From Selaginella moellendorffii (taxonomy: Eukaryota; Plantae; Lycopodiophyta), in assembly GCF_000143415.4 (NCBI RefSeq), contig NW_003314261.1:1372586-1436585 (forward strand): 64,000 bases of DNA, in the 5' to 3' direction. The notes below the pieces were generated by a model that made no database searches, was not told where the DNA came from, and saw only the letters and a list, made by a program, of their open reading frames with translations. The first letter of the stretch is position 1. Every line of letters begins with the position of its first letter. Positions 25,692 to 39,021 of the stretch are shown piece after piece. The translations under genes and the position numbers were made by a program.

Positions 25692-26645
25692 TTAATCCGA
25701 GTCTGAATCGTGTCGCTGCCTCTTTGAGTGCTGCTGCTCGTCCTCGTCTCGATCCTCGTCTTTCCCCGATGATCTTCGCTTGAGCTCCTTTTGTTGCCGC
25801 CTTTCTTCCTTGCGTGCGAGTTTAGCCGCTTTTCTCTCCTCTTTGCGAGCGTTCTTCTCCTGCCTCCTCCGCTCCTTGGTTTCTTCTTTGCTGCTCCTCT
25901 TGCCACCATCTGTAGAGGTTGCAGCTGGTTCACTGGTTGCGAGCTTCTCCGGTTGTATCCCCGCCAATTGTTCTCCCCGTTCGTAGCCTCGTTGTTTCTT
26001 ACTTGCTGCTGTACTGCGCAGGGAAACCGACAGTGAGCGCGCGACACGAGAAGGGAAGGGAGCAAACTTACGGTCCAAACCCAAGTCCTTGGATTCGTTC
26101 CGCGGCAGTGTAAGTCTCGGAGAGCTCCTCGGCAGTTTTTCCAGGCTTCAAAAGCTCCTCCAGCTCGTGTTTGTCGAGACGATTGACTTGGTTGCGTTTG
26201 TCTCGAGTAGGAGCCAAGCCCAAGGCCTCGCGCATTGCTTGATCTTCCTCGGCTTTGATTCTCTCGATCTCTGCCTTCGCGGCAGCGTCGGCCGATCCTC
26301 CTCCCTTTGCGTACCATGTCAAATCTTTGCCTGGAAGAAGCAAAAAAAACCAAGAGAGAAGAGTTAGGAAACAATGAAAGAATGAGTTCGCCAAAGGAAA
26401 CAATGGGAATGGAATGGAAGAGTCTGATTGCCAAAGGAAGAGTGGAATGGAATAGATACCTCTTTGCCAGCGTCCCACTGGAGCTTTGACGCTGTGGCCC
26501 AGGTAATTCTCTCGATGCTTATCGACCTTGACATCGTCCCAATTAAACTCTGCGCCACCGCCAATTCAGAGATTGATGATCGATCAAACATAGACTACTT
26601 ACGATCGCGGCCTCCCCGGACGCCTCCGCGCGATGGATGATACAT
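25692..26645 (-). CDS. MMTAG2/C1orf35 homolog (kinase phosphorylation domain protein)
   Basis: [53 protein letters not shown]; charged C-terminus ending RHDSDSD. Confidence 0.88.
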
Positions 26646-26851
26646 TTCCTCCCTGCCCAGAAGCCCTAGAAAGTGGAATTAGGGCACAAAACTAGATGAA
26701 CACGTGGCGCGTTGTGGTTGGCTGAGTTCTTAAAGGGTAAAACACGAGAGCTAGGGTTTGTGCAGCGCACCGTCTTCTTCGAGGTACGCAACTCCATCGC
26801 CTTGGCATCGTTTGTGATCTTTGGCCTCTCCCTCTCAACGCAGCGGCAGCT
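26646..26851. promoter_or_regulatory. Short bidirectional promoter (MMTAG2-like / NDUFS7)
   Basis: 206 bp between divergent ATGs; G-box CACGTG at 26701 and telo-box TAGGGTTT at about 26752. Confidence 0.45.
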
Positions 26852-27629
26852 ATGGCGCTTCTTCCCAGGGCAGCTCGAATGGCGGTGTCCAGCACCGCGG
26901 CGAGGTCAAATCTTCTCAAGAGCAGCTTGCCGGCGATCAGCAGGGCGGATTATGCCACATCCAGCAGCAGCGGGGAATCCTCCGGCCTGGCGAATTTCGT
27001 CATCTCCAAGCTCGATTCCGTGATCAATTATGTGCGAGCGGGATCGATCTGGCCCATGACTTTCGGCCTGGCGTGCTGCGCCGTGGAGATGATGCACACT
27101 GGAGCCGCGCGCTACGACTTGGATAGGTTTGGAATGATCTTCCGTCCCAGCCCCAGGCAGTCGGATTGCATGATCGTGGCTGGGACTCTCACCAACAAGA
27201 TGGCTCCAGCTCTTCGCAGGTACTTGGTTTTTCTCTCTTCCTTTTAGTTTCCTTCTCTTTGCCTTGAGTCGGTGTGAAGATCTTCGTTGTTCTTTGTTGT
27301 GAAGATCTCCATTGTTCTTTGTGTCGGTGTGGAGTTCTTTCCAAAGTTCTTGAGCGTTCTTTCCTTGCGTCAACTGATAGTTTTCTACGTGCAGGGTCTA
27401 CGATCAAATGCCCGAGCCGCGCTGGGTGGTCTCGATGGGAAGCTGTGCGAATGGCGGTGGCTACTACCATTACTCGTACGCTGTGGTTCGCGGTTGTGAC
27501 CGGATTGTCCCAGTGGATATCTACGTCCCGGGGTGTCCGCCCACCGCCGAGGCGCTTCTCTACGGTCTCCTCCAGCTCCAGAAGAAGATCAAGCGCCGCA
27601 AGCAGATCGCCCTCTGGTGGGCCGAGTAA
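26852..27629 (+). CDS. NDUFS7: Mitochondrial complex I PSST / 20 kDa Fe-S subunit, 2 exons
   Basis: [61 protein letters not shown]; N-terminal presequence. Confidence 0.97.
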
Positions 27630-28039
27630 GTTTGCGGTATGGACTTTTTGTGATTCTCTTGTTGTTTTAGTGGTATATTGTCTACGTATCATGCCTGGCT
27701 TGTCTGGAAAAGAAATGTTTGCCTGGTAAATAAATGCCTTTTCATTGACACTCGTGTTTTCGAGAGAGTTCTTTTTCTTTTTTTCCAGTAGCAGCGTCTT
27801 CGGGAGAGTTCTTGCACCCTCTTCGGGAGAGTTCAAGCAAAAGTGACTGTAAGATTCGCTAACGTGCGTCTTTTTTATCCTTACTGTGGTTGGCACCACG
27901 TTTTCGAATGCATGCGTTTTTACAAATCACTGCGGGACAAATGTCGACGAGAATCGGATAAGATTTATAGCCAGGTTAACAGTTCTTTTGTTTCTTGTTT
28001 TCGTAAGGACCGGAGCTTGCCTTGCTTTGTTCTCGAGAG

Positions 28040-28708
28040 ATGATGCAGGCTTTCGCGAGTGTAAGTTAGTATCATCTATCAAGCCTTTGGTTTTTCTAAC
28101 TTAGTGTGCGCTTGTTTGTGATGCAGCGTTTGATCCGTGGTGTTGCCAAGAAGAGTGCAGCAGCAGCGGGGGCTCCGAGCTGGAGAAATGCTGCTACCAG
28201 TACGAGGATCAAGCGCCCTGAAGACGTTGTTCCAAATCCTTATACCGGCGACGCTGGTGTGATGAAGAGGCAGACAGCATCCGAGTACTTGCATCAGCGC
28301 GGAAGGTAGTTTTCTTTCTTCCTTCTTTTCGATTTCCCTAAGGTGGATCCACTGCACAGAGTGTACCAGGTACCGTGTAGGAAAAACGGGATGAAGATGG
28401 TAACGACCGACATCCTCCGTAGAGAGCTCCTTCCAGTGCTTCCTCTGGCGGGAATGGTGTTGCTCGCCATTGGGCTGGGGGTGTGGACGTTCTGGTGGGA
28501 GCACGTAGCCCATCCCAACGTGAGCATCACTCGCGACCTCCGGGAGAGGCTGTTCGAGATCGAGCACCCCGAGTGGGTCAAGCGCAAAGCCGCCGTCTAC
28601 CTCCAGAGCCCGCTGCGGAAGATGTCACTCGAGTGGCCAACCGCTCGCATCGCTCACATCCAGCAGGAGCCTCCGCCCCCGATCGGCCATGGCGGCCCCT
28701 TGAGCTGA
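28040..28708 (+). CDS. B12D/NDUFA4(MLRQ)-like small mitochondrial membrane protein, 3 exons
   Basis: Presequence-like MMQAFAS/RLIRGVAKK; TM LLPVLPLAGMVLLAIGLG followed by HPNVSI.R..RE...E.EHPE...A..Y...PLRK. Confidence 0.68.
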
Positions 28709-28849
28709 AGAGCTTCTTCTTCTTCTTCGTGGTAGTGTAAGTGTTTCAAGTTTTTCTTTCTGTTCTAAAGCAAAGCTCTTGTTTTGTGTGCGAAAGTATG
28801 TATATAAAAAGACGAGTTTTGGAGATCTGAAGGAGTCCGAGGAATAAGA

Positions 28850-31015
28850 TTACAAGTTTTGTTTCAGAGGAGATCTCGTTGGTTGCAACCAGTCCGGTTC
28901 TTGAGGTTGGTTATTATCGCTTTCAGTTGGCGATTTGCGGCACTTGCGACACAAAAACACGACGGAAACGAAGATGGCACAAGCGGCGACAACTCCGCCC
29001 GCAGCGATACCAGCGATTACTTTGCTCGTTCCCTTCTTTGCGGAACGAGGAGGAGGAGAAGCACTGGCTGTAGCGGCACAAGTTTCACAACATATAAAAT
29101 CCCTGATGGGCGTGGTAAAGTCGCCTCTTGGACAGATTGGAGCCAGGCTCCCACGGAAGTCACAGCTGATGGTCGCATTGGAGAGCTGCAAAATCAAAGT
29201 TCTCTCAATCTAAAAAGCAAAATCGAAGTTCCACGTAACTGTTCGAGCGAGAGGAAGAGGCTTTTGCTGTGAAGGAGGAAAGGATCGTTGAGATAAAGCT
29301 TTCTCAACCGTAGGCTGGCCAAGCTTTGCGATAAGCCCATCAGCAAGAACATCTATCGATGCAACTCCAATCAACTGTTGATTTGCATCAAAAGCTGCAT
29401 GAAGTTAAAATAATTACTAAGAAGAAGCAGACTAATAAATAATAGTTCTATACAAACCTGGAAAGATGGAAGTTGTCACATTGCCAAGGCCAGCAGAATC
29501 AGCATACAAGCTCGCCCAAACTGGTTTCTTGTTGACGGCGACAAAGCGAAGCCATGCAATGTAGTCGAAGTAGCTGTGGATCTTGAGCAGCGGGTTTTTG
29601 TCGTCACTGATGAACTCGTAGCTCATGTTGAGGCTGCTCTGCATTTGCTGGAAAGCGGCACTGTCGTTGGACGTGAAGGACCCAATTCTGTAGACGAACA
29701 CCACAACGTTTCTCGCGTTCAGCTGTGCCAAAACTGGGCTCAGTTGGGTGAAGTTGAAATTGCCAGGGGTGACAAACTGTCCATCTGTGAAGAGGATTAT
29801 GACCTGGGATTTGCCAAGTTGAAGAAACCAATGTGATTTCTTGTGATTATCACACGAAAAGCATCTTACATTCAAGTTGGAGCTGGTGTTGAAGAAATGA
29901 AGTGCTCCTTGCAGCCCATTCTTTATGTTACTGGCTGAGTTTGTAACACTTGTGTTGCTTATGGAATCTTTGAGGGATGAGATTCCAGTCAGATTCAAAG
30001 AGGTTTCCTGGACGTCAAGAACTACGGAAACCTGGAATTCAGAACCTCATGATCAGAAGTTATCCCAGTTTCTGCTGAAAAACTTAACTGGAGCTCCGAT
30101 TTTCTCACCACCGATCGTTGACACAGCCACTTGATCTCCATTAGTGAGGGTGTTTAGCAGCTGCTTAATGATGTTACTTGCAACATTAAAGCGGCTTTGG
30201 GAGGATAAAACTCCAGTGGGATTGCTCATGGAAGTGGAGGTGTCCAAGAGAATGTAGAGCGATTTTTGGATCGCCAAAGTATTGAGAAACCATGGCCTGA
30301 GCCTTGGATCGTAAAGATCACACTGCCCACTGTCGACATAGTCCTGTCAATATAAAGACATAAACTCTCGCTTGCAGGGAAGAAATGCTTATTGTGCACT
30401 TACCCGGCCCGGGTAAACATACAAGTATCCTTCAATCCCTCCAAAGAAAGCCCAGCCAACGGAAAACTTATTCGTGTTATTCCAGGCCTGTTGTAGCTTC
30501 TTGTCTAGAGATTTTTGAGCACACAAGACCGTCTGAAAATCTCGATCTTTCTCCGGGTCTTGATCGGCTGGGACTCTAGATGATCATAGCAACATCTCAA
30601 GTCAAAGCTGTACATTGACAAACTAGATACCTGAGGTATGTTTTTTGAGTTGAAACGCTTAAGCTCTGGCAAGTTCCATTTGCCGGAGACGTGCAGTCTC
30701 CATTGCGGAATACTGAAATGCAAGAGAGCTTTTGGATCTCATCCTTGGACTGCGGCCAGCAAGGGCGCCTTTTGCAAGTGTCGAGTGAGCAATCCGATAG
30801 ACTTCCTGGAGTGACAATACTCTACAAAGTTGTTTGAGATTGAGGTTCAAGAGCTTACCACAAGTATTGGCTCGATTTAAGATTGCTTGATTTGCGATTT
30901 GCTGGACCTGGAAGTCGGTCTCGTTCAGCACTGTTTCGATGTTATCTTGAGCGTTTGCTAGCAGCAAAGACAAGACTCCTAAAAAGGCGGATCTAAGCAA
31001 GAGGGAGCTCTCCAT
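28850..31015 (-). CDS. alpha2delta/CACHD1-like vWA-Cache type-I membrane protein, copy A1 (8 exons, about 590 aa, apparently intact)
   Basis: Signal peptide; RVPAD..SLDKKLQQAW..WAFFGGIEGYLYVYPG; DLYDPRLRPWF; vWA MIDAS DTSTS..IILFTDG..VFVYRIG; WASLYADSAGLG; LIGVASIDV; Cys-rich stalk, TM, short tail. All introns GT-AG and in phase. Confidence 0.85.
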
Positions 31016-31269
31016 TCGCTCAAACCTGCAAAAGTGGTGGCGTTGATTTTATCAAGCCCTCGTTGGTTCCTACCATTCCAGAAGTTACAGAAGCTGTCTT
31101 GCCTTTCGTGTTGATTTTTAGGAACCATATCCTAAACCGTGTGGAAACATCGCCCAAAGGCTGATGATGACATCTACGACATTTCTACATGTTTTTGGAC
31201 ACCGGTCATTCACTTCCATTGACTTTTTAAGGGACGAAGTCCATTGTTGCTGATGAGTTTTGAGTTTCA

Positions 31270-33454
31270 GTTGTAACCTCTGCGGGCCAGTCACCCACAC
31301 TTCTTGTTCAGCCCCGATGGGAGTTTCACTCGTGGTAGGCAAGGGGGATTTGCAGCACTTACAGTAGAAAACTACAGCAGCGGCAGCCAGAACAAGAACT
31401 GCCGCTCCCACGCAAATACCAGCAATGGCACCAACCGCCATGAAGTCTTCGAAGAATTGGTGCTGGCAACAGCACAATCGCCACAGCACATCAGCTCTGT
31501 GATCGGTGTCTGAAAATCTCTTTGCGGGCACATGGGAGTCAGCTTCCCAGTAAAACCACAGTTGATAATAGTTGCATTCGAGACCTACTGGTAATGTCAG
31601 CGATAAGTTGAAAAGCTGGGGGTTTTGTGAGTGAGAGGGAAAGGCGTCACATTCTCTGAAGAATGGAAGCTCCGTTTAGACACTGCTTCTTGAACAGCAG
31701 CGCTGCCGTGCCTGCTGATAAGCTTCTCGGCAATAATGTCAATGCATGCAACTCCGATCAAACGCTGATTTGCATCGAACGCTACAGCAGTAATCAGATG
31801 ATCAAAGGACCAAGACAAGAAAAGGAGAGCCGGTTTACCTAGGAATATTGAGCTCGTCACGTTTCCAAGCTCCGCGGCATCAACGTAAACAGGCACCCAC
31901 GTAGCACAGCAACAAAGCGAAGCCAAGCGATGTAATCAAAGTAGCTCCGAATGTTGAGCAGGGGATTTTTCTCTTCTTTCACAGCCTCGTAAGTCATGTT
32001 GAGGTTACCTTGCATCTCCTGGAAAGTGGCATCGTTGGAGGTGAAGAATCCTATCCTGTAGACGAAAACCACAACACCTTTGTCGTTGAGTTGTGCAAAG
32101 AGTGGATTCAAATCTGCAAAGTTGAAATTGCTGGCAAACTGTCCATCCGTGAAGAGAAGTATTACCTTACATTACGAGCACTGTTAGTGACAGACAAAGA
32201 AAGAGGATGATCTTTACGTTTAAGTTAGAGCTGGAATTGAAGAGATCAAGGGCCGCAGCAAGACCTTTCTTGATATCCTTGGGTGAATTGTCGACTTTGA
32301 CCTTGGCTATGGCATCCTTGAGGGACGAAATGCCAGAAGCATTGGATGATGTTTCAAGGTTTTCAAGCACGACTGAAACCTGCAAAACCAAAGCCTTAAG
32401 ATGAATCATAACTTAGACCATCGTTTAAATTACTCCAATCCCAGGACACCGCCGCCGTGCTTCTCGGAAGAATGCGAGCACATATCCGCCGATTTGGACA
32501 GCTCCCCGTGGTTGCCATAGCTCTTGGTGGCGGCCGCGGCGGCGGCCTTGCACTTGCGGTAGTATCTCGCGGGAGCGACAATAGGTCCACCACTAGTCGT
32601 TGACACTGCTATTTGGTCTCCATGTCCAGGAGTGCCTTAAGAACGCTTCTGGCAGCGGCCAGACGGCTTTGGATGACAAAGGTCCAACAAGATTTCTCAT
32701 GGACAACGATGTGTCCAAAACAATGTAGAGTGATTTCTGAACTGCCAAGGCATTCAAGTACCACGGCCTGCGTCTCGGATCATATGTGTTACAGTTTTCG
32801 TTGTCTGCATAGTCCAGTAGATTATCTATGCCTTTCATGAATTAAAAAGACGAAAACCTCGTACCCAGCTTGGATAAACGTATAAATAGCCTTCAATGCC
32901 GCCTCCGAAAAGTGCCTTTCCTGTTGCAGGCCTGTTGTAATTTGTGGTCAAGAGGTTTCTGAGCGCACAAGACCGCAGCAGTATCAGTCTCCGAAGCCAG
33001 CTCAGGTGAGACCCTGGACGTTTTAAGAAATCTCAAAAGAAAATACTAGCAAAAATGTGAGACAACCAACCTGATGTATGATCTCTCGCTAGACACGCTA
33101 ACGTAGCGACATGTTCCATTCCCGAAGCTGTGCAAGCTAGATTCTGATGTACCCCAATTCATGAGAGCTTCTGGACCCTGCGGCCTGCAGGGTTGCCTGA
33201 TGCAAGTCTCTGGCAAGCAAATCGATAGACTCCCTGCACAGCAATCATTCTTAGACTTCATGACACACGTTTGCATAGACGTGATCTAGAATGTGACCCT
33301 CACCACAAACATTCGATGGCCTGCTTTGCAATCTCTTGCACTTGCAAGTCGGTCACATCCAGCAGCTCCTCAATGTTGGTGTTCTGAGCACGGACTAGTA
33401 CACGATGTGTCCTAACAAGACGGATCCTAGAAACATCAAAAACTTGGCCTCCAT
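31270..33454 (-). pseudogene. vWA-Cache paralog B1, pseudogene
   Basis: YDPRRRPWY, DTSLS, VYVDAAELG, GVACID. Frameshifts, a 10-bp deletion near 31900, a mutated splice acceptor near 32815 and a foreign insert at 32435-32596. Confidence 0.82.
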
Positions 33455-33570
33455 GTCTAGATCTAAAGCAAATGTTGTTATAGCACGACACAGGTAGATT
33501 GAACTGGACCTTCCTGGAAACAATCCGCACCCAAGTTGGCTTGAGACCCGGTCATTGGAACCCATCGTTT

Positions 33571-33922
33571 AGTTAGGGTTGCCCAATGCCAAAAAAAGAA
33601 GCTACCTTCTATTTTCCTCATGGCAAAACACTTGAAGAAGTTCATGCTGCCAACCTCTTGCCTTTCTGGTACAGAGAAACAGCATCAAAGATGGATGCTG
33701 GAGAAGGAGGAGGCGGAGCAAGCTGATACATCACAGCCGGGATCTTGTCTTCAATCTCTAGCACTTTCCCGTAATGCCCCTTCTGGGCATATGCGTCAGC
33801 AAGGAGCTTCCAGCTGAGGAAGTTCCTAGCTGGACACTGCAGAAATGCCTCTCGAGCGCACTCGATTGGGCCAAGCATGCCGTAGCCTCTGATGACGCAG
33901 TTCCACACCCACGTCTTCTCGT
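33571..33922 (-). pseudogene. PLS-class PPR gene fragment
   Basis: TWVWNCVIRGYGMLG.IECAREAF..CPARNFLSWKLLADAYAQKGH; absent at the matching position of unit 2 (about 44820). Confidence 0.7.
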
Positions 33923-34669
33923 CTTCTCCTAGGCTTTTTTTTTTTTTTTTTGCCATGGCTGCGGCTAGACCAATCCGGGCTTGAATGCGGGACATAGGAT
34001 GCTACTTTACAGATTTCTGGACAACAAGCCGGGTTCTGAGAGAAGAAAGACGCACTTAGGAGATTTATTCAGCAACCGGGATCTCTTGTACAGTTGCTCG
34101 TAGTAAATCATAGCGATAGAAGAACTGTAAAGAGTTCCATGGCTTGCAGGGAGTTGACAATGCACGACTATTTTGGTTTTGTGTTGTCAATCCAGGTCTA
34201 ATCGAGTGCTACTACTTTGGAGGAGAAAGGGATTGCTTATAACTCCAAATTTGTCTAGAGAACAAGCCGATCTTTCTTATGAATGGAAGTTCCAGGTGAA
34301 ATCCAGATGTTGTTAAAGCAGCTATTTGAGACAAAGTTCTGTCTCGGGACGATGTTAGACACTGTTGTTTTTAACACACCCAAGAACATATCCTTACTGT
34401 GGTTGGCACCAGTTTCCGAATGCATGCGTTTTTACAAATCACAGCGGCACAAATGTCGACGAGAATGGAATACGATTGAGCTTGCCTTGCTTTGTTCTCG
34501 AGAGATGATGCAAGCTTTCGCGAGTGTAAGTTTCTACCAAGCCTTTTTAGTATGCGTGTTTGTGATGCAGCGTTTGATCCGTGGTGTTGCCAAGAAGAGT
34601 CCAGCAGCAGCGGGGGCTCCGAGCTGGAGAAATGCTGCTACCACTACGAGGATCAAGCGCCCTGAAGAC

Positions 34670-34808
34670 TGATAAGGATGAACAGGGTCTTGTTCATCAC
34701 AAGAGGCTACAAAGGAAAAACACACCCTACTCTCTCTAGTGTCCCCTAACTGCCTACCGCGCCTCTAGAGAGCTCTGGAGAAGATGCTATGCCAGCATAT
34801 TCGTATCA
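34670..34808 (-). repeat. copia 3' LTR (139 bp)
   Basis: TGATA...TATCA termini; matches 38970-39204. Confidence 0.92.
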
Positions 34809-37800
34809 CTCCCACTCGAGCACTAAGGTGCTCGCTCAAGGCTCACGCCAAGTGCGTGTACGTGTCGCTGGAACAAAGCTGGAGGTAACGCCTTGGTAAA
34901 AATATCTGCAACCTGCTCTGTTGTTCCACAATGGATGAGCTCCAAAACACACTTGATCTCGAATATAATGGAACTGCACCTGGATATGTTTGGCGCGCCC
35001 ATGAGTGCGATAGCACCCTGGTTATCGCAAAAGATAACTGTTGGCGCTAGCTGAGAATAGCCGATGCCGTCCAAGAGCTGTCGTAGCCAGCAACATTCCT
35101 TAGCTGCTTGGGTAGCTGCAACATACTCTGCTTCGGTCGACGATAACGCTATAATTCATGTGAGAGCGCCGCTGCCGAGACCAAAGATATAACCTGAGGT
35201 GGATCTCGGCTGCTCAACCTCGCCTGCAAAGTCAGCATCCGTGAAGCCAAACAGTCCCATACCTGCTGGGACTTTGGAGTACGTGAGTGCAAAATGTCTG
35301 GTCCGCTTTAAGTAGCGAAAGATACGTTTGACTGCTAACCAATGAGGAAGTCTTGGAGTCTCGAGAAACTGGGACACTGCTCCCACTGCAAGAGCTAAAT
35401 CTGGCCGTGTACAGACCATTAGGTAGACTAAGCTGCCAACCATCTGACGGTACGGTATCTGCATCTTCTCGCATTCCTCGACTGTTTGTCGAACTTGATC
35501 TTTGCTGAGATGGAGGCCGGCTTCCATAGGAGTTGACGCTTCATTCAGCTCAGCAAGATGAAACCTCTCCAAGATATCGTCAACATACTTCTGCTGAGAT
35601 AATTGTATGATGCCAGCTTGCCTGTCGCGTATAATCTCGATCCCCAAACAGTATTTCACTGGTCCAAGATCCACCATCTTAAATCGTGCTTGTAGCTCAC
35701 GCTTGAGCTGCTGCAAAGCTATGCGAGTTGGACCGACTAGTAGACAATCGTCTACATAGAGTGCAAGATAAATATATGTTGTACCTGACTTGCGAAGATA
35801 AACGTTAGAATCTGCTGAAATACTCACAAAACCGATGGAGAGTAGATAGCTGTTCATCTTCGCATACCACTGCCATATAAAGCCTTCTTAAGCTTGCACA
35901 CCTTGTGTTCCTGGTCTTTGATGACATATCCTTCTGGCTGAAGGACATAAACCTCCTCGTCAAGATCGCCATAGAGAAACGCTGTGGTGACGTCGAGCTG
36001 CTCCACTTCTAAAGTCTGCTGGGCTGCAAGATTGAGTAACAAGCGGATAGAGGCCATCTTCACCACTGGAGAAAACGTTTCATTGTAGTCCACGCCCTCA
36101 ACCTGTGAGTATCCTTTGCTACAAGTCTTGCCTTGTACTTGAGAAGTTTCTTATCAGCTCCAGTCTTGATTCGAAAAAGCCACATAATTTTGATCGGTTT
36201 CCTTCCAGGAGGTAGATCGACCAGGTCCCATGTCTCATTCTCCGTGAGAGACGAATACTCAGAATTTGCTGCTGCTTGCCACTGCTCACGCTCAGGACTG
36301 GAGAGTGCCTCACGCAAATTCTTGGGAACCAAGATATCTTGGCCTTGACAAAATAACAACTGGAAAACTGGAGAAAACGCCTGTTGCACTTCTGGAGGAG
36401 CTGCTGCATAGTAGAACGTGTTGGAACCACTTGGAGCTGTCTGGGCACGCTCCCTAGCTTGAGCTTGCTGCCGAGAAGCTCGGCGGGCAGTCTGAAAGTC
36501 AAGCCGTTCTTGAAATTGTGCCCCTGCTTCTGTGAGTGTGCGGATCCGAGTAGACCGTCTAAGCACTGGCTGTGGTGAAGGCTGAGTGCTCCCACTTAAG
36601 CCAATCTCTCCGCCGACTGGAGGAGACGTCCCGTTCTGGCCTGAAGTGTCGCTCCCACCCGTGCCAAAAATACCGGGTTGAGAGCTCCCACTCGCTTCAG
36701 CATCACTTGCCGCTGCGTCTATAGGGACGGGCTGATTGGATCCTGCTGCTGGAGCTGCAGTTGCGCTAGGGTCTTCTTCCTAAACCGTTGACGGTTGACT
36801 GGAGGATCAAGAGCGCACGGGAGATTTCTGGTTGCATACGTCCTGTTTCATCGAAGATCACATCACGACTGTGTAAGATCTTGGATGAGGACAAACTGAA
36901 GAGCTTGTAGGCCTTCATGTGATCACTGTAGCCGACTAGAACTGCCTTCACGCTGCAATCTTCAAGATTGGTGCGATGCTTCCTTGGCACAAATGCATAC
37001 GCTATGCATCCAAAAATTCGAAGATGACTGAGATCCGGTTTTCTGCCATACCAAAGCTCAAATGGTGTCTCGTCGCTCACTGCTGATGTGATCTGACGGT
37101 TTCGCAGATAAGCTGCGACTGCAACAGCTTCACACCAAAAGGACTTGGGCAAACCAGCATCTCGTAATAAGGAGCGAGCTGCTTCCTGGAGCGTTCGGTT
37201 GGCTCGTTCAGCTGTGCCATTTTGTTGCTGTGTATCTGGAACTGAATACTACCTCTCAATCCCATCTTCTTCACAATATTTGATAAAATCTTTAGAGACA
37301 TATTCTCCACCACCATCACTTCGAAATTTCCTCAGTTTCTTGCCTGTCTGCAACTCTGCTCGAGTTCTAAAAAACTGGAACTCATTGATCACCTCAGATT
37401 TGCGAGCTAGAAACTTTGCTGCGATCATCCTGCAATAATCGTCTATAAAGGTCACAAAATAGACCTTCTTGTCTCGAGAAAGTACTGGCATCGTACACAC
37501 GTCAGAGTGGACTAGCTCTAAAATCTCGGTAGCTCTTGTAGCAGCACCAGCCTTGAAAGGAAATCTGTGCTGCTTTGCGAGAACGCACGGCTCACAAAAC
37601 TTCATCTTCTGAGAAGTGATGTGAAGACCGTCAACCATGCCTGAACTCGCAAGTTGTTTAATATCCTGGTAATTCGTGTGACCAAGCCGGCGATGCCATG
37701 TCTGGAGGTCAACCGCATGCTGAGGACCTGCAAAAAGAAGCTGCTCGCTAGGCTTGACTGGATACTCCACCTCTGCATTCAGCATAACGCCTCCCACTGG

Positions 37801-39021
37801 CTATAACTGACTCGCCTCACATTATAGTGCACTGCGTCTTGGAAAAGAGAAGTTCACAATCTGTGATTTTTCCAACGGAGAAGAGTGTCATCTTGACACC
37901 AGGAACGTAGTAGACTCCACTGACTGCTACAACCTGTCCTGTGGCAAGTCGAACCTTGAACTCCACACACACTGTGTGAGTAGTCATCGCCGAGGTAAAT
38001 TCGCTTCCCGTCTGGAACGTCTTCTAAATGCGAGAAAAGGCTTTGGAGATGAGTCATATGCTGATTGGCTCCACTGTCAATCCAGATCACCTCTGTTCTT
38101 GGAGTGTTGGGTGCAAGGGAATTTGACTCTGCTACAGCTTGACCCATGAACAAGCTACCATCTGTGCTCGTGCGTAATTGGCAACTTGCTTCCCCTTCCT
38201 GATTTCCTTCCGGAACTTGGCCGCTTCATCTGTACAGTCCCGGGCGAAGTGTCCTGGCTTTTTACAGATATTACAGAGACCGTTATTTTTGTGCTTCTTG
38301 TTTCTCTTTGGCTCGTTTTGACCTTCTTGTTTGCGTTCTTTGGCAGCATCCTCCTGGCGCGGCCCTAGCCTGTCCCAGATTGAGACCTTGGCCTTAGAAC
38401 CAGCAAACATAGCCAAATCGCGAGGGATTTCTTCCAGAAACTGAGATCCTCCTAGCAAGGTTTCCAGTGCTAACATCTCGTTAACGACCTCATCAAAGGT
38501 TTTGGTGGCCACATGTCCAGCGGCAGCAAGTTGAAACGCTGTTGGAATGCCCTTGAGAAACACTGTGACAAGCTCACTGTCGTCCACTTTGGTGGGAGAT
38601 TGAAGGGTGTCGATCTGCTTGGCTGTATCCTTCAAACGACTTGCATAATCTTGAATGGACTCATCCTTCTTCTTGACCATGCTGCCGAACTTGGTTTTCA
38701 TCTCAATTAGATTGGTCTCGTTGGTTCGGCCAAGCACTGTCTTTTCCAAGGATTCCAAGTGTTCGAGTGTTTTGTCTGTTCCACTCTTTCTCGGGTGCAA
38801 CCTCTGTCGCTGCCGGACATGCCTCTGTCCTAGAGACTATATCCCAAAGGTTCTTCTCCATGAAGAAAAACTGCATCTGAGTTCGCCATCCATGGAAATC
38901 TCTGCCATCAAAAACTTCCAAAACGTCTTTGTCTGAAGCCATCTCAGAAAAACTAGTGCTCCGATACCATGACCAGGGTCTTGTTCATCACAAGAGGCTA
39001 CAAAGGAAAAACACATCTAGT

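Larger units (their letters stand above)
27876..34343. repeat. Tandem segmental duplication, unit 1
   Basis: Collinear near-identical match to 34389-45261 (B12D-like, vWA-Cache A, vWA-Cache B, spacer). Both units start tatccttactgtggttggcacca and end gctatttgagac.aagttctgtc. Confidence 0.92.
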
